Origin: Calditrichia bacterium | Lineage (GTDB): Bacteria > Calditrichota > Calditrichia > RBG-13-44-9 > J075 | DNA: 28,346 bases | Direction of reading: 5' to 3' | Assembly: GCA_050633245.1 (NCBI GenBank) | Contig: JBOEGD010000013.1 | Span: 1 to 28,346 of the forward strand | In this document: positions 16,786 through 27,200 of the stretch, in pieces | Numbering within the stretch: the first letter of the stretch is position 1 | How the letters are laid out: each line of letters opens with the position of its first letter | Made by a program: the position numbers and the translations under genes | Notes under the pieces: generated by a model | Seen by the model: only the letters and a program-made list of their open reading frames with translations | Told to the model about the DNA's origin: nothing | Database searches by the model: none

Positions 16786-19677
16786 TTAGTGTGCTTTTTG
16801 TGGCTTATTTCTGAACTCCGGCTTTTGAGGCGCGGCAATTTCGTCACTATTTTCAACGCTATTTTTCAGCAATGCAGTCATAACCGCCTGATGAAAATCG
16901 CGTCGTACCTGATACATACCACCACGCTCGCGTGTCGGATGCACTCGATTGCTCAGTAATACCACTACAATTCCGCGGTTGGGATCGACCCAAAAAGAGG
17001 TTCCTGTAAAACCGAGATGTCCAAAGCTACCGGAAGAAAAATAGTCACCGGCGGAGGATTTCTCATCGCTGGGTGTATCCCATCCAAGTGCACGGTCTGT
17101 TCCTTCAGGTAAACTCTGACGAGCTGTCCATTCGGCAATCGTTGAAGGTTTAAGCAGCCGTTTATGACCATAAATCCCACCGTTCACCAACATCTGTCCA
17201 ACAATTGCCAGATCGTCTGCAGTTGAGAACAAGCCGGCATGTGAAGAAACGCCATTTAGAAAGTGCGTGTTCTCATCATGGACATCGCCGTGGATTAACC
17301 CGCGATTCATGCTGCCACCAATCTCGGTAGGTGGAATTCGCGGCAACAGTGTTTTTGAAGGTGTGTACATGGTGTTTTTTAAACCCAGCGGCTTATAAAT
17401 AAGGCGATTTGCAAACTCATCCTGACCTTCTCCGGTAACCATTTGCAGAATTTCACCAAGCATAATCATTCCAAGATCGGAGTAAATCATGGAATCACCG
17501 GGCGTGAAATTGAGGGGTAACTCATAAATATAGTTTAAGGCTTCCTGACGAGTCTTGGCTTTATTCCACAGGTCAGACCACCAGTGCACACCGGATGAAT
17601 GAGTAAGCAGATGACGGATTGTCACCGAGTCTTTTAGGCCACCGTTAAATGCAGGCAGGTAGCTTTTTACCGGAATATCCAATCGGATACGCTTCTGTTC
17701 CCACAGTCGCATGCTGCTCAAGGCCGTTGAAATAACTTTGGTAACTGAAGCGAGATCATAGATTGTTTCGCGATCAATATTGGCACTGGAAGGGTCATAG
17801 GTTTGCTTTCCAAAGGCTCGGCTTGCAAGTAGTTTACCGTCTTGCACGATCGCTAATTGCGCTCCGGGTAAAATAGAATCAGCCATCGCTTTTTTAAGCA
17901 CGTCATAAGCATCGGTAAAAAGCGCGTCGTTGAATGCCTCCTGAAGCTCCATATTTCTAGCCGGCTTATCCATTCCATCACCAGCCTTAAAATGCCCCGG
18001 GATTGAAACAGGAAGTCTTGCGCTAATCGGTATTTCTCCAAAAACGGCACGAACTCCGGCACGAACGGCCAGCGGATCGGTATCATAGGCGCAGATGTAA
18101 GAAGGCACAGCCGGAAGTTGCCGCACGATATATGGTGAGCCAAAAGCAATAACCGCCATCGGCGTATTCACGCGAAAGATCTGATCCATTAAACTCGCCG
18201 AGGTGCTATCCAATGCCACTGACCCTTTATAACTCCCCCAACGCACAAAAACACCGGTAACAATTGCATCAACGGAATCTGACATTGCCAGAATACGCTG
18301 CAGGTCTTCTTCTGTAGTTCGCGTATCGATTACCTCGCGAATGACAACGGGAACACGTCTGGAAACCTCTTGAGAAAGATTGGATGAATAACCGGAGCCA
18401 TCTTTTCGGTCGGTAATGGTAAGAACCATAACGGTGTCGAGTTTCTCTGCCTCTAAAGGCAATACATTCTGCTCATCACGCAGAAACGTCATTGCAGAAT
18501 TGGCAATCTTTTCTGCGGCAGCTGTATGAGCCGGTGCAGCGAGTACCTTTTCCAAATTATCAATATCGATCGGTTTGGGATCGTTTAGTCCGAAATCGGC
18601 CTTTGTTTGCAGCACTTTTCGAACGGCTTCATTTAGACGCTCCATTGACACTCGCCCGTCTCTAACAGCACTCACCATAAAGTTGACGGTAGCCTCAAAA
18701 TTCGGCGGAATCAAAATGACATCCACACCAGCATTCAGTGCGCGCACAGCGGCTTCACCAGACCAGTAATTATTGGTAATGCCACCCATATCCATGGCGT
18801 CGGTCATTACAATGCCGTTAAAACCCAGTTCTTTGCGCAACACGTCCTGAACAAAGTAATTGTCCAGCGTAGCAGGGTGGCCATCCATTTCCGGAAATTC
18901 ACTATAGGTTATGTGTGCAACCATAACCGCAGCCACGCCGGCATCTACAGCAGCCTTAAACGGTGCTAATTCTACTTCCTGTAGCCTCTCTCGCGAAGCA
19001 GTGATTGTTGGTAAACCAAGGTGAGTATCGACATTGGTATCGCCATGACCGGGAAAATGTTTTGCCGTTGCCAAAACACCCTGTTCCTGCATTCCGCGAA
19101 TAAATGCGGCGCCAAGCTTGCCAACTGCGTCGGGATTTTCTCCATACGAACGAGTATTGATAATAATATTATCCGGATTGTTATTAACGTCCATGACCGG
19201 GGAGAAGCCAATATGAATTCCCATTGCCTTCGCTTCACGTCCGGTAACCTGTCCCATCTCATAAGCATATTCTGTAGAACCGGTAGCGCCAACAGCCATG
19301 TTTTCCAAAAAGTTTGTGCCCTGGTTTACCCGCATGGTAACGCCCCACTCAATATCGGCCATTACCAAAAGAGGGATATCTGCTTCTGCCTGAAGCACTT
19401 CAATATTGCGAGCGATATCATATGGGTTACTGCGATAAAACATGACGCTGCCAAGATGATGTTCTTTTACTCGCTTCTTTAGCTGATTAAAGTAGGCATT
19501 GTCTTCATTGTAATAACGTGAGTGAAAGGCAACGAGCATGATCTGCCCAACCTTCTCTTCGATGGTCATTTCTACCATCTTTTTCTCGACCCACTTTGGC
19601 CCGCTAAGCGATCGAGTTCCGCTACAAGCGGCAATTAGTGTGATGAGAAGTAATAACAAGGCGTATTTTTGAATCAT
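16786..19677 (-). CDS. nagZ: GH3 beta-N-acetylglucosaminidase fused to a C-terminal beta-lactamase-fold serine hydrolase (AmiE-like MurNAc-L-Ala amidase); lipoprotein
   Basis: Lipobox IAAC; GH3 KHFPGHG....DTH and MTDAMDM; GH3 C domain FGSPY; C-terminal LASVTK (SxxK), LLTHSSG, YSDLG, VHDEN, HAGLFS, GHLGFTGT. Confidence 0.92.
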   Translation of the reverse strand: MIQKYALLLLLITLIAACSGTRSLSGPKWVEKKMVEMTIEEKVGQIMLVAFHSRYYNEDNAYFNQLKKRVKEHHLGSVMFYRSNPYDIARNIEVLQAEADIPLLVMADIEWGVTMRVNQGTNFLENMAVGATGSTEYAYEMGQVTGREAKAMGIHIGFSPVMDVNNNPDNIIINTRSYGENPDAVGKLGAAFIRGMQEQGVLATAKHFPGHGDTNVDTHLGLPTITASRERLQEVELAPFKAAVDAGVAAVMVAHITYSEFPEMDGHPATLDNYFVQDVLRKELGFNGIVMTDAMDMGGITNNYWSGEAAVRALNAGVDVILIPPNFEATVNFMVSAVRDGRVSMERLNEAVRKVLQTKADFGLNDPKPIDIDNLEKVLAAPAHTAAAEKIANSAMTFLRDEQNVLPLEAEKLDTVMVLTITDRKDGSGYSSNLSQEVSRRVPVVIREVIDTRTTEEDLQRILAMSDSVDAIVTGVFVRWGSYKGSVALDSTSASLMDQIFRVNTPMAVIAFGSPYIVRQLPAVPSYICAYDTDPLAVRAGVRAVFGEIPISARLPVSIPGHFKAGDGMDKPARNMELQEAFNDALFTDAYDVLKKAMADSILPGAQLAIVQDGKLLASRAFGKQTYDPSSANIDRETIYDLASVTKVISTALSSMRLWEQKRIRLDIPVKSYLPAFNGGLKDSVTIRHLLTHSSGVHWWSDLWNKAKTRQEALNYIYELPLNFTPGDSMIYSDLGMIMLGEILQMVTGEGQDEFANRLIYKPLGLKNTMYTPSKTLLPRIPPTEIGGSMNRGLIHGDVHDENTHFLNGVSSHAGLFSTADDLAIVGQMLVNGGIYGHKRLLKPSTIAEWTARQSLPEGTDRALGWDTPSDEKSSAGDYFSSGSFGHLGFTGTSFWVDPNRGIVVVLLSNRVHPTRERGGMYQVRRDFHQAVMTALLKNSVENSDEIAAPQKPEFRNKPQKAH

Positions 19678-19793
19678 AATAGCTCGTCTCTTTTTATGTG
19701 TGATACTCAGTGCCGCTACGATTAGGCCGAGAGATCAATGTACACTAGTCATTATTTTCTGATACAAACTATCTAAAAGGCTCGAATAAGCCG

Positions 19794-20741
19794 CTATGCT
19801 GTTCTTGTTTTTTTAAATAACTCGGCAGAGATTTCATGCCCAGCTGTTCGGATTGCCTGAAAAAGCGCTGCAACTTCGGGATCTGACTGCAGCTTTACAA
19901 TTTCTGATTGCCAAGGTACCGCTGCCAACAGCGCATCAAATTCTTTCCTTACCACTGAATTTTGGCTCAGAATACTTCCAGTCAACGTCAGTTTTGAGCT
20001 GGTTGTGCAGTTTATTCTCTTCCGCGCAGTTTCGACCATTTGTAACAGATCCCGAGCGGCTTGGGCAACGTGGGTATTCGCTTCTTTGTCTCCGGCATCC
20101 GCAGCGTCACATATTGTTTTTGCACATGAGGCAATAAGCCAGTGCGGGCGTAAGCTGGCATAAATTTCACTAATCAATTCCTGCTCATCTGCCATACCGT
20201 AAAACTGCAGCACATTTTCTGCGAGTGAGCTGCGCTTCTTACCGGAAGAGGCGTCAGTTATAAACCGTCTGATTGCTTTGTTGCCAATATCATAACCACT
20301 GCCTTCATCGCTTAGAAGATAACCGCAACCGCCTATTTTATGAAACGTATTATCTGCATCTTTGGTCAGACATGTTGAACCGGTTCCGGCCGAAAGGAGT
20401 ATGCCTTGTCCCTTATTAAAAGCTGCGAGATAGAGATTCATTGCATCTGTGAGGACTGAGAAATTCTTAACGCCATTTCGATTTAGCAGGTTCGAAACAA
20501 CGCTTCGCGGTCGTTCCCCACCTCCCCCGGCAAACCCCAGCGTTGCATAAGTAATGCGTCCTGCGGGTTCTCCCTGTAGTAAATCATCCAAGAGCCCTTT
20601 TACCAATTGAGCAACAGAACCACGATCTAACATGGCGACATTTCCAGAGCCTGACCGGGTGCGTCGCACAACCGAACCGGTCAGATCTGTAAGGATTGCA
20701 GCGGTCTTCGTACCACCGCCATCTACACCGAGAAAATACAT
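19794..20741 (-). CDS. murK: BadF/BadG/BcrA/BcrD ATPase family amino-sugar kinase (MurNAc/GlcNAc kinase, MurK-like)
   Basis: GVDGGGTKT, TDA, SAGTGS, GGCGYLLSDEGSGY.IG, LTGS; AGGAG SD; first gene of the murQ-containing run. Confidence 0.8.
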   Translation of the reverse strand: MYFLGVDGGGTKTAAILTDLTGSVVRRTRSGSGNVAMLDRGSVAQLVKGLLDDLLQGEPAGRITYATLGFAGGGGERPRSVVSNLLNRNGVKNFSVLTDAMNLYLAAFNKGQGILLSAGTGSTCLTKDADNTFHKIGGCGYLLSDEGSGYDIGNKAIRRFITDASSGKKRSSLAENVLQFYGMADEQELISEIYASLRPHWLIASCAKTICDAADAGDKEANTHVAQAARDLLQMVETARKRINCTTSSKLTLTGSILSQNSVVRKEFDALLAAVPWQSEIVKLQSDPEVAALFQAIRTAGHEISAELFKKTRTA

Positions 20742-20854
20742 CCACCGCTCCTGAAATACACCGTGTAAAATACCTCTGAGGGAACTGCTTCATGAGTCTA
20801 TTAAAATAACCATTTTTACGCTACAATTTTCTAGGTTTATTTTAGCGATCATCA

Positions 20855-20922
20855 ATACTATATTAACTCCATATTTTTTTTCTTGCAAAATTCAACAAAA
20901 TATAGTATCAATTCTATAGTAT
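20855..20922. promoter_or_regulatory. Candidate operator in the divergent murK/araC promoter region: ATACTATATT (20855-20864) inverted to AATATAGTAT (20899-20908), third TATAGTAT at 20915-20922
   Basis: Three copies of an 8-10 bp motif in an AT-rich 179-bp divergent spacer; function inferred. Confidence 0.4.
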
Positions 20923-21805
20923 GAAACCAATTAATGTCAAAGTTAATAAGCCAGACCGCTCGTCTTTTAAGTATAAGCGGATATCGCTTTCATCACTTGA
21001 ATTCAAGTGGCATTACCACCCTGAGTTCGAGTTAATGCTGATGCATAAAAGCCGTGGAAAACGATTTATCGGCGATAGCATCGCATATTATGAAACGGGC
21101 GACTTATTTTTTATCGGACCCAACTTACCGCATACCTGGTACGCACCGACCGAAAATGCCGGGCAAGATAAGCTGCATCAAGCGATTCTCATCCAGTTTC
21201 CTGAGAATTTAGCGGGGTTAAATATCGGAGAGGTGCCCGAGTTAAAATCTCTTCAGAAACTTTTTCGGAAAGCTGCATTAGGTTTACAGATCCATGGAAG
21301 CATTCGGGCACAGGCCGCCGAGTTGATGAAGGAAATGAGTACTTTGTCTGGCCTTGACCGCCTACTCGCCCTGTTTAAACTACTGCAAATGCTCAGCGAT
21401 GCAAACCCCGGTGATTTGTCAATTGTATCAAGCGTTGAATTTACACGTAAATTCCAGCCGGATGAACAAAGTCGAATCGATCGCGTCTGCACATTCATCA
21501 ATGAGAATTATCGGCGCAAGCTGCGCCTTGAAGATGCTGCAGAAATTGCCAATATGAGCGCAACCGCCTTCAGTCGCTTTTTTAAACGATCAACTGGTAA
21601 AACATTTATCAACTACGTGAACGATCTTAGAATTGGCCGGGCATGTAAACTTCTTATAGACAGCGAACTAAGCGTTGGTGAAATTTGTTATGAAGTCGGC
21701 TTTAACAATTTGTCGAACTTCAATCGGCGCTTTTGCGAAAGACATGGCTGCACACCGCGCGCATATCGAATGGAATTTACTATTCGATTTGACGGTCAAT
21801 CCTAG
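20921..21805 (+). CDS. AraC-family transcriptional regulator with N-terminal cupin sensor domain
   Basis: WHYHPEFEL cupin, GPNLPH; C-terminal double HTH (FSRFFKR..GKTF, ICYEVGFNNLSNFNRRF...TP..YR). Confidence 0.93.
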   Translation: MKPINVKVNKPDRSSFKYKRISLSSLEFKWHYHPEFELMLMHKSRGKRFIGDSIAYYETGDLFFIGPNLPHTWYAPTENAGQDKLHQAILIQFPENLAGLNIGEVPELKSLQKLFRKAALGLQIHGSIRAQAAELMKEMSTLSGLDRLLALFKLLQMLSDANPGDLSIVSSVEFTRKFQPDEQSRIDRVCTFINENYRRKLRLEDAAEIANMSATAFSRFFKRSTGKTFINYVNDLRIGRACKLLIDSELSVGEICYEVGFNNLSNFNRRFCERHGCTPRAYRMEFTIRFDGQS

Positions 21806-21856
21806 TTCCGGCTATATTAAATATATATCCACTCTCTCTGAACGGATAATCGCTCT

Positions 21857-22954
21857 ATGAACGAACGACTTGTATCGCTCGATGCATTTCGCGGCATCAC
21901 TATCGCCGGAATGATACTTGTGAACAATCCCGGTAGCTGGAGCACTGTATACGCACCACTGCTCCATGCCCCATGGCATGGCTGGACTCCAACAGATTTT
22001 ATTTTCCCCTTTTTTCTGTTCATTGTTGGTGTCTCTATGGCTTTTTCATTACCACGCCAGCAAGAAAAGCTTTCAACCGCTCAACTCTATCAAAAAATAG
22101 GCCGTCGAACGTTGATTTTATTCGGCTTAGGTCTTTTCCTCGCGGCATTCCCATTCTTTAAACTTGACACACTTCGCATTCCGGGTGTTCTACAGCGTAT
22201 CGCCGTGGTATATTTGTGTGCATCAGTAATTGTGCTACACACCGGAGTACGAGGACAGGTTGGATGGTTTGCAGGGTTATTGTTGGGCTATTGGGCAGCG
22301 ATGACGCTTATTGCGGTTCCGGGATATGGTGCAGGTGATCTTAGCATTGAAGGAAACCTTGCTGCATTTGTAGATTCGAATCTATTAAGTGGGCATATGT
22401 GGAAAAAAACGTGGGACCCGGAAGGGATTCTCAGTACTATTCCTGCGATCGCAACGACGCTCTCAGGTGTTTTAACCGGACACTTTTTGAAATCAAAGAA
22501 CGAACGCGCGACAATTGCCGGTTGGTTATTTGTGTCTGGCTGGTTGGCCGTTCTCGCAGGCCTTTTTTGGGCAATTCTTTTTCCACTTAACAAGGCTCTC
22601 TGGACAAGTTCATACGTTGTATTCACCACTGGCGCCGCCCTGCAATTTTTGGCATTCTGTTATTTCCTAATTGATGTAAAGGGCATTAAGGCATGGGCAA
22701 AACCGGCAATTGTTTACGGTATGAATGCAATAGCAGTCTTCGTACTGTCCGGTGTTCTTGCACGTATTCTTATTTTTACCAAGGTACCTTCAGGTAGTGA
22801 ATCTATTTCATTAAAAAGCTGGATTTATAATAATCTCTTTCTAAGTTGGGCAGATCCAATAAATGCGTCACTTGCCTTCGCATTCGTCAACGTTCTGTTT
22901 TGGCTTGCAGCAATGTGGTTTCTCTACAATCGAAAAATATTTATTAAAATTTAA
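21857..22954 (+). CDS. nagX: Heparan-alpha-glucosaminide N-acetyltransferase-like membrane protein (NagX / DUF5009-type acyltransferase)
   Basis: RLVSLDAFRG, MILVNNPG, H..WHG.TPTDFIFPFFLFIVG, GVLQRI, DPEGILS, PLNKALWT.SY, GMNAI. Confidence 0.85.
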   Translation: MNERLVSLDAFRGITIAGMILVNNPGSWSTVYAPLLHAPWHGWTPTDFIFPFFLFIVGVSMAFSLPRQQEKLSTAQLYQKIGRRTLILFGLGLFLAAFPFFKLDTLRIPGVLQRIAVVYLCASVIVLHTGVRGQVGWFAGLLLGYWAAMTLIAVPGYGAGDLSIEGNLAAFVDSNLLSGHMWKKTWDPEGILSTIPAIATTLSGVLTGHFLKSKNERATIAGWLFVSGWLAVLAGLFWAILFPLNKALWTSSYVVFTTGAALQFLAFCYFLIDVKGIKAWAKPAIVYGMNAIAVFVLSGVLARILIFTKVPSGSESISLKSWIYNNLFLSWADPINASLAFAFVNVLFWLAAMWFLYNRKIFIKI

Positions 22955-22964
22955 GAGTAGGTAT

Positions 22965-24215
22965 ATGATATTTCCCCGCGCCCTGATTTTGCCGATTTTA
23001 ATCTTACTATTGAGTTTTGCCTGTCAAAAGTCAATTGATTCAAGCACCGTTAAGTCCGGCCTGGACAACCTGGATGAGCATGCGGCCCTGTTTGCCGGAA
23101 AACGCGTCGGTATTATTACCAATCACACAGCGTACGACAAGCAGGGAATGCACATAGTCGATCGCTTTGCTGCTATTGAGGGAGTAACCATTTCGGCACT
23201 TTTTGGGCCGGAACACGGCATTCGCGGCTCGGTTGAAGCCGGCAAGAAAATTGACTCCGAGAATGATCCACTACGCGATGTGCCAGTTTACAGCCTCTAC
23301 GGAAAAACGCGTAAACCAACGCCGGAGATGTTGGAGAATGTAGACATATTGGTTTTCGATATTCAAGACATTGGCGCGCGCTTTTATACCTACATCTACA
23401 CCATGTCTAATGCCATGGAAGCTGCAGCCGAGCAAGGAAAGCCCTTTGTTGTGCTAGACAGGCCAAATCCAATAAACGGATTGACTGTCGAGGGCAATAT
23501 TCTGGAAACTCAATTTTCCACCTTCGTTGGCAAGTTTCCTATTCCGGTCAGACACGGCATGAGCGTTGGCGAGCTCGCAAAAATGTTCAGTGAAGCCGGC
23601 TGGCTTGGCGACGGTGTAAAGGCTGATTTGACCATAATTAAAATGAGTAACTGGCAACGCAACCAGTGGTTCGATGAAACAGCCTTGAACTTTATTAATC
23701 CGTCGCCTAATATGCCTGGCCTTGCTTCAGCAACAGTTTATCCCGGAACCTGCTTGCTGGAGGGTATAAAGATAAATGAAGGACGCGGTACCAGCACACC
23801 ATTCCTTATATTTGGAGCCCCCTGGACAAATAGCGATACACTTGCCGACCGACTGTCACTTTTGAAGCTGTCGGGAGTTCAATTCTTGCCCTATAAATAC
23901 AAACCCATCTCAATTCCCGGTGCATCTGCAAATCCTCGTTATCGCGATGAAAATTGTAATGGCGTGCAGATAAAAATAACGGATCGCGATCGTTTTGAAA
24001 GCTATTTTACCGGAATCGCAATTGTCCACACACTACATACGCTCTATGCCGACAGCATCACATGGCATGAAAGGCATTTCGATCGTCTCTGCGGAACAGA
24101 TGAGATTCGGCGAGCAATTTTGGCTAATCGCCCACTTTCTGAATTACGAACGATATCAGAAAAGGGGCTTTCTCGCTTTAAACGTGAGAGAGAAAATTTT
24201 TTGCTCTACAAATAG
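22965..24215 (+). CDS. namZ: Exo-beta-N-acetylmuramidase (DUF1343 / YbbC, GH171), lipoprotein
   Basis: GIITNHT, LFGPEHG, VYSLYG, FDIQDIGARFYTY, LDRPNP, RHGMSVGE, PSPNMP, EGRGT; start at ATG 22965 giving lipobox SFAC (ORF-track start 22863 lies inside nagX). Confidence 0.93.
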   Translation: MIFPRALILPILILLLSFACQKSIDSSTVKSGLDNLDEHAALFAGKRVGIITNHTAYDKQGMHIVDRFAAIEGVTISALFGPEHGIRGSVEAGKKIDSENDPLRDVPVYSLYGKTRKPTPEMLENVDILVFDIQDIGARFYTYIYTMSNAMEAAAEQGKPFVVLDRPNPINGLTVEGNILETQFSTFVGKFPIPVRHGMSVGELAKMFSEAGWLGDGVKADLTIIKMSNWQRNQWFDETALNFINPSPNMPGLASATVYPGTCLLEGIKINEGRGTSTPFLIFGAPWTNSDTLADRLSLLKLSGVQFLPYKYKPISIPGASANPRYRDENCNGVQIKITDRDRFESYFTGIAIVHTLHTLYADSITWHERHFDRLCGTDEIRRAILANRPLSELRTISEKGLSRFKRERENFLLYK

Positions 24216-24260
24216 TGTTTGATGAAACTCGAATACGTCATTCCGAAAGGAGTTGGGAAA

Positions 24261-27200
24261 TTGTCAATCAGGGGAAAAACCTTTCTTGGACTCACTCTTC
24301 TTCTATTCTTATTTAATACAGGTTGTAACAGAAGCATAAGACTTTCTGAAGCGGGAAAAGCCAGCTTTAAATATAACATTGCGCACCTAGATGACACCCA
24401 ACGTCAAGCCTACTTCGCAACGCACCAGTTCCTGCGAAGTCAAATAAATCTACGCAATATCCATTCTCGCAGTCGCATTGATACCCTCCTACTAGACGTT
24501 CCTACTAAAACTTTGGACGTTCACTTCACCGCTCCATTTGTTATGCGTGCAGTCAGACCGACAGATCAAGGCAAACAGAAGCTGGCCATGCCCGCCAAAA
24601 AGAATAGCAGTATGATGGTCACGCATACAAATGAAGATTGGCCGAAAGACGTCATATTTGTCGATTCGGTATATCATACTCTGGAACACTTTTTGGGTAA
24701 AAAGTTCCAAAACTATACTCTTCGTCTCTGGGTAAACAAGCGAAGGCTCGACAGCTATATTCCAAACTTTTTTCGCATAGACAGCACCCGTTTTAAGCGC
24801 TCTCGCATGCCAAATAACGAAGGACCAGTTACTCCAATTGTGCGAAATATGAGTAAACCCTGGCAACCCGAAGCAGGTTTAATTAGCCGCGGAATAGCTT
24901 TGTGGCCGAGCCATGGCTGGTATTATGATTACGGTAAAAAACGCTGGGACTGGCAAAGAGCACGCGTTTTTCAAACCATAGAAGATTTGCTGCCCCTCTC
25001 TTTTACGCAACCTTACCTGGTTCCTATGCTGGAAAATGCCGGGGCTAATGTATTTCTTCCCCGCGAACGCGATCTACAGGTTAATGAGATAATTGTTGAT
25101 GAGTCTGAAGCCCTCGCTTCCGGGCAATGGAGTACGGGTCCAACAGGATTCGCTCCCTCTTCTTCCCCGCTTGCTGCTGGTATTAACCCCTTTAAACTCG
25201 GTACCACTCTTTTGACCGAGACAGATTCAATTAAAAGTGCCACACTAATCTATACGCCAACCATTCCACAAAAAGGTTCGTACGCGGTAACCATTGCCTA
25301 TTCTGCCGATTCTACTCGATCTGCCGCGGTTGAATACATCGTGAATCATGCCGGAGGCAGCACCCGCTTTCTGGTGAATCAGCAAATTGGGGGATCTACC
25401 TGGATTTATCTGGGCACATTTCTTTTCGAAGCAGGGAAAGCAACAAAGAGCGGCAGCGTTCTGCTCAGCAATCATAGCAAACCCGGTCAAACTATCTCGG
25501 CAGATGCCGTGCGCTTTGGGGGCGGTATGGGATCGGTAGCTCGTAATGGACACGTTAGCGGGCGGCCACGTTTTGTAGAAGGTGCACGTTACTACATGCA
25601 GTATGCCGGCATGCCGGACACACTGGTCTACAATGTAACAGAAAATCCGGAAGGAGATTACAAGGACGATTATCGCGGCCGCGGTGAATGGGTGAATTAC
25701 CTGCGCGGCGCGCCATTTGGGCCAAATAAGAATACCCAAACCACCGGTCTTGGCATTCCAATCGATGCCTCCCTGGCATTTCACACAGACGCTGGAACGA
25801 CACGCAATGGTAACGTTGTCGGAACTCTGATGATTTACAGCAGCACTGGTGGAGATTCAACGGATCTGTTTGGAAACGGAATGTCTCGTATGGCAAACCG
25901 TGACTTTGGCGATTTGCTTCAGACGCAGATTGCCTACGACATTCGCAGCCTTTACAATCACCTTTGGAAACGCCGCAGCCTGTGGGATAGCCGCTACAGC
26001 GAAGCATTTCGTCCTAACGTGCCTTCCGTTTTGCTCGAACTATTGTCCCATCACAACTTTGAAGACATGAAGTATGCCCTTGACCCACGCTTTCGCTTTG
26101 ATGCGAGTCGTGCAATTTATAAAGGCCTGCTAAAATTCATCGCTACGCAATATCAGCAGCCTTATGTTGTTCAACCCTTACCGGTCACGCATTTCCATGC
26201 AACATTTCAGGACAATGGCACTATTTCTCTCGGCTGGCGCCCGCAAGACGACCCACTTGAAGAAAGCGCAACGGCAGATGCGTTCATTTTGTATACACGA
26301 GTCGAGGATGGCGGCTGGGATAACGGGATTCTGGTAGATCAATCCTCAATTATCTTGAATAAACTCGCGGACAATTCCATTTATAGCTTTAAGGTTACCG
26401 CAGTCAACTCTGGTGGAGAAAGTTTTCCTTCAGAAATACTCGCAGTTTGCCAGACAGAGCCCTCATCTGAACCCGTATTAATTATAAATGGATTTGACAG
26501 GATAAGCGGGCCGGATGTTATTGAAGAAGGCAAGGTACTGGGGTTTGCCGACGTGCAGGATCAAGGCGTTCCCGATCGTTATGATCTTAACTATTCGGGT
26601 GCACAAATAAATTTTAATGCCGACTCCAAATGGACACATAATGATTCACCGGGACATGGTGCCAGCTTCTCAGATTTCGAGACAAAGGTCATTCCCGGCA
26701 ATACCTTCGATTTTCCCTACCAACATGGTTTGTCCATCAGAGCCGCCGGGTTTTCCTTTGTATCCAGCAGTGATGAGGCTATTGAAGACTCACTTGTAGC
26801 ATTAAACACCTATCCAGTGGTTGACCTTATTCTTGGAGAAGAAAGACGACAGCAGCTCCATTATAAAAACATTGACTATCCTCATGGTTTACGAGCTCTG
26901 CTCTTACGTTCTCCACATTATAGTCAGGCAAAGTTAGACTCACTTGAGAACCTCATGAGTGTCATACTTATGACCAAAGCAGACCAGAAAGACTCAAAAA
27001 CAACTGAGCGCTTAGAGCAGAAACTCGATGAGATGATAAACTTCTCACCAGCCCAATTTGAAGCGTTCTCGCATGAAATGCGAGGACGCATTACCGCGTA
27101 TTTGCATTCGGGTGGAAACATGTTCATATCCGGTGCCCATGTCGGCACAGATCTTTTCGCCGGGAAACCAAAGGGACATCCCAAAAGGAAATTCGGGCGG

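Noticed and set aside
16786-17950. Beta-lactamase / antibiotic resistance gene
   Set aside because: The SxxK domain is fused to GH3 and carries AmiE-type VHDEN/HAGLFS/HLGFTG motifs in a PG-salvage context
19021-19482. 153-aa plus-strand ORF and similar short ORFs (274-642, 1211-1642, 4793-5197 and others)
   Set aside because: Antisense or alternative-frame shadows of well-supported genes
19678-19793. Internal operator or terminator between murK and nagZ (two TGATAC words, a 4-bp GGCT/AGCC stem)
   Set aside because: Too short to distinguish from chance
24492-26007. Antisense ORFs 24492-24866, 25013-25243, 25245-25784, 25555-26007
   Set aside because: Fully opposite a motif-rich 1100-aa gene, with no recognisable domains; shadow ORFs
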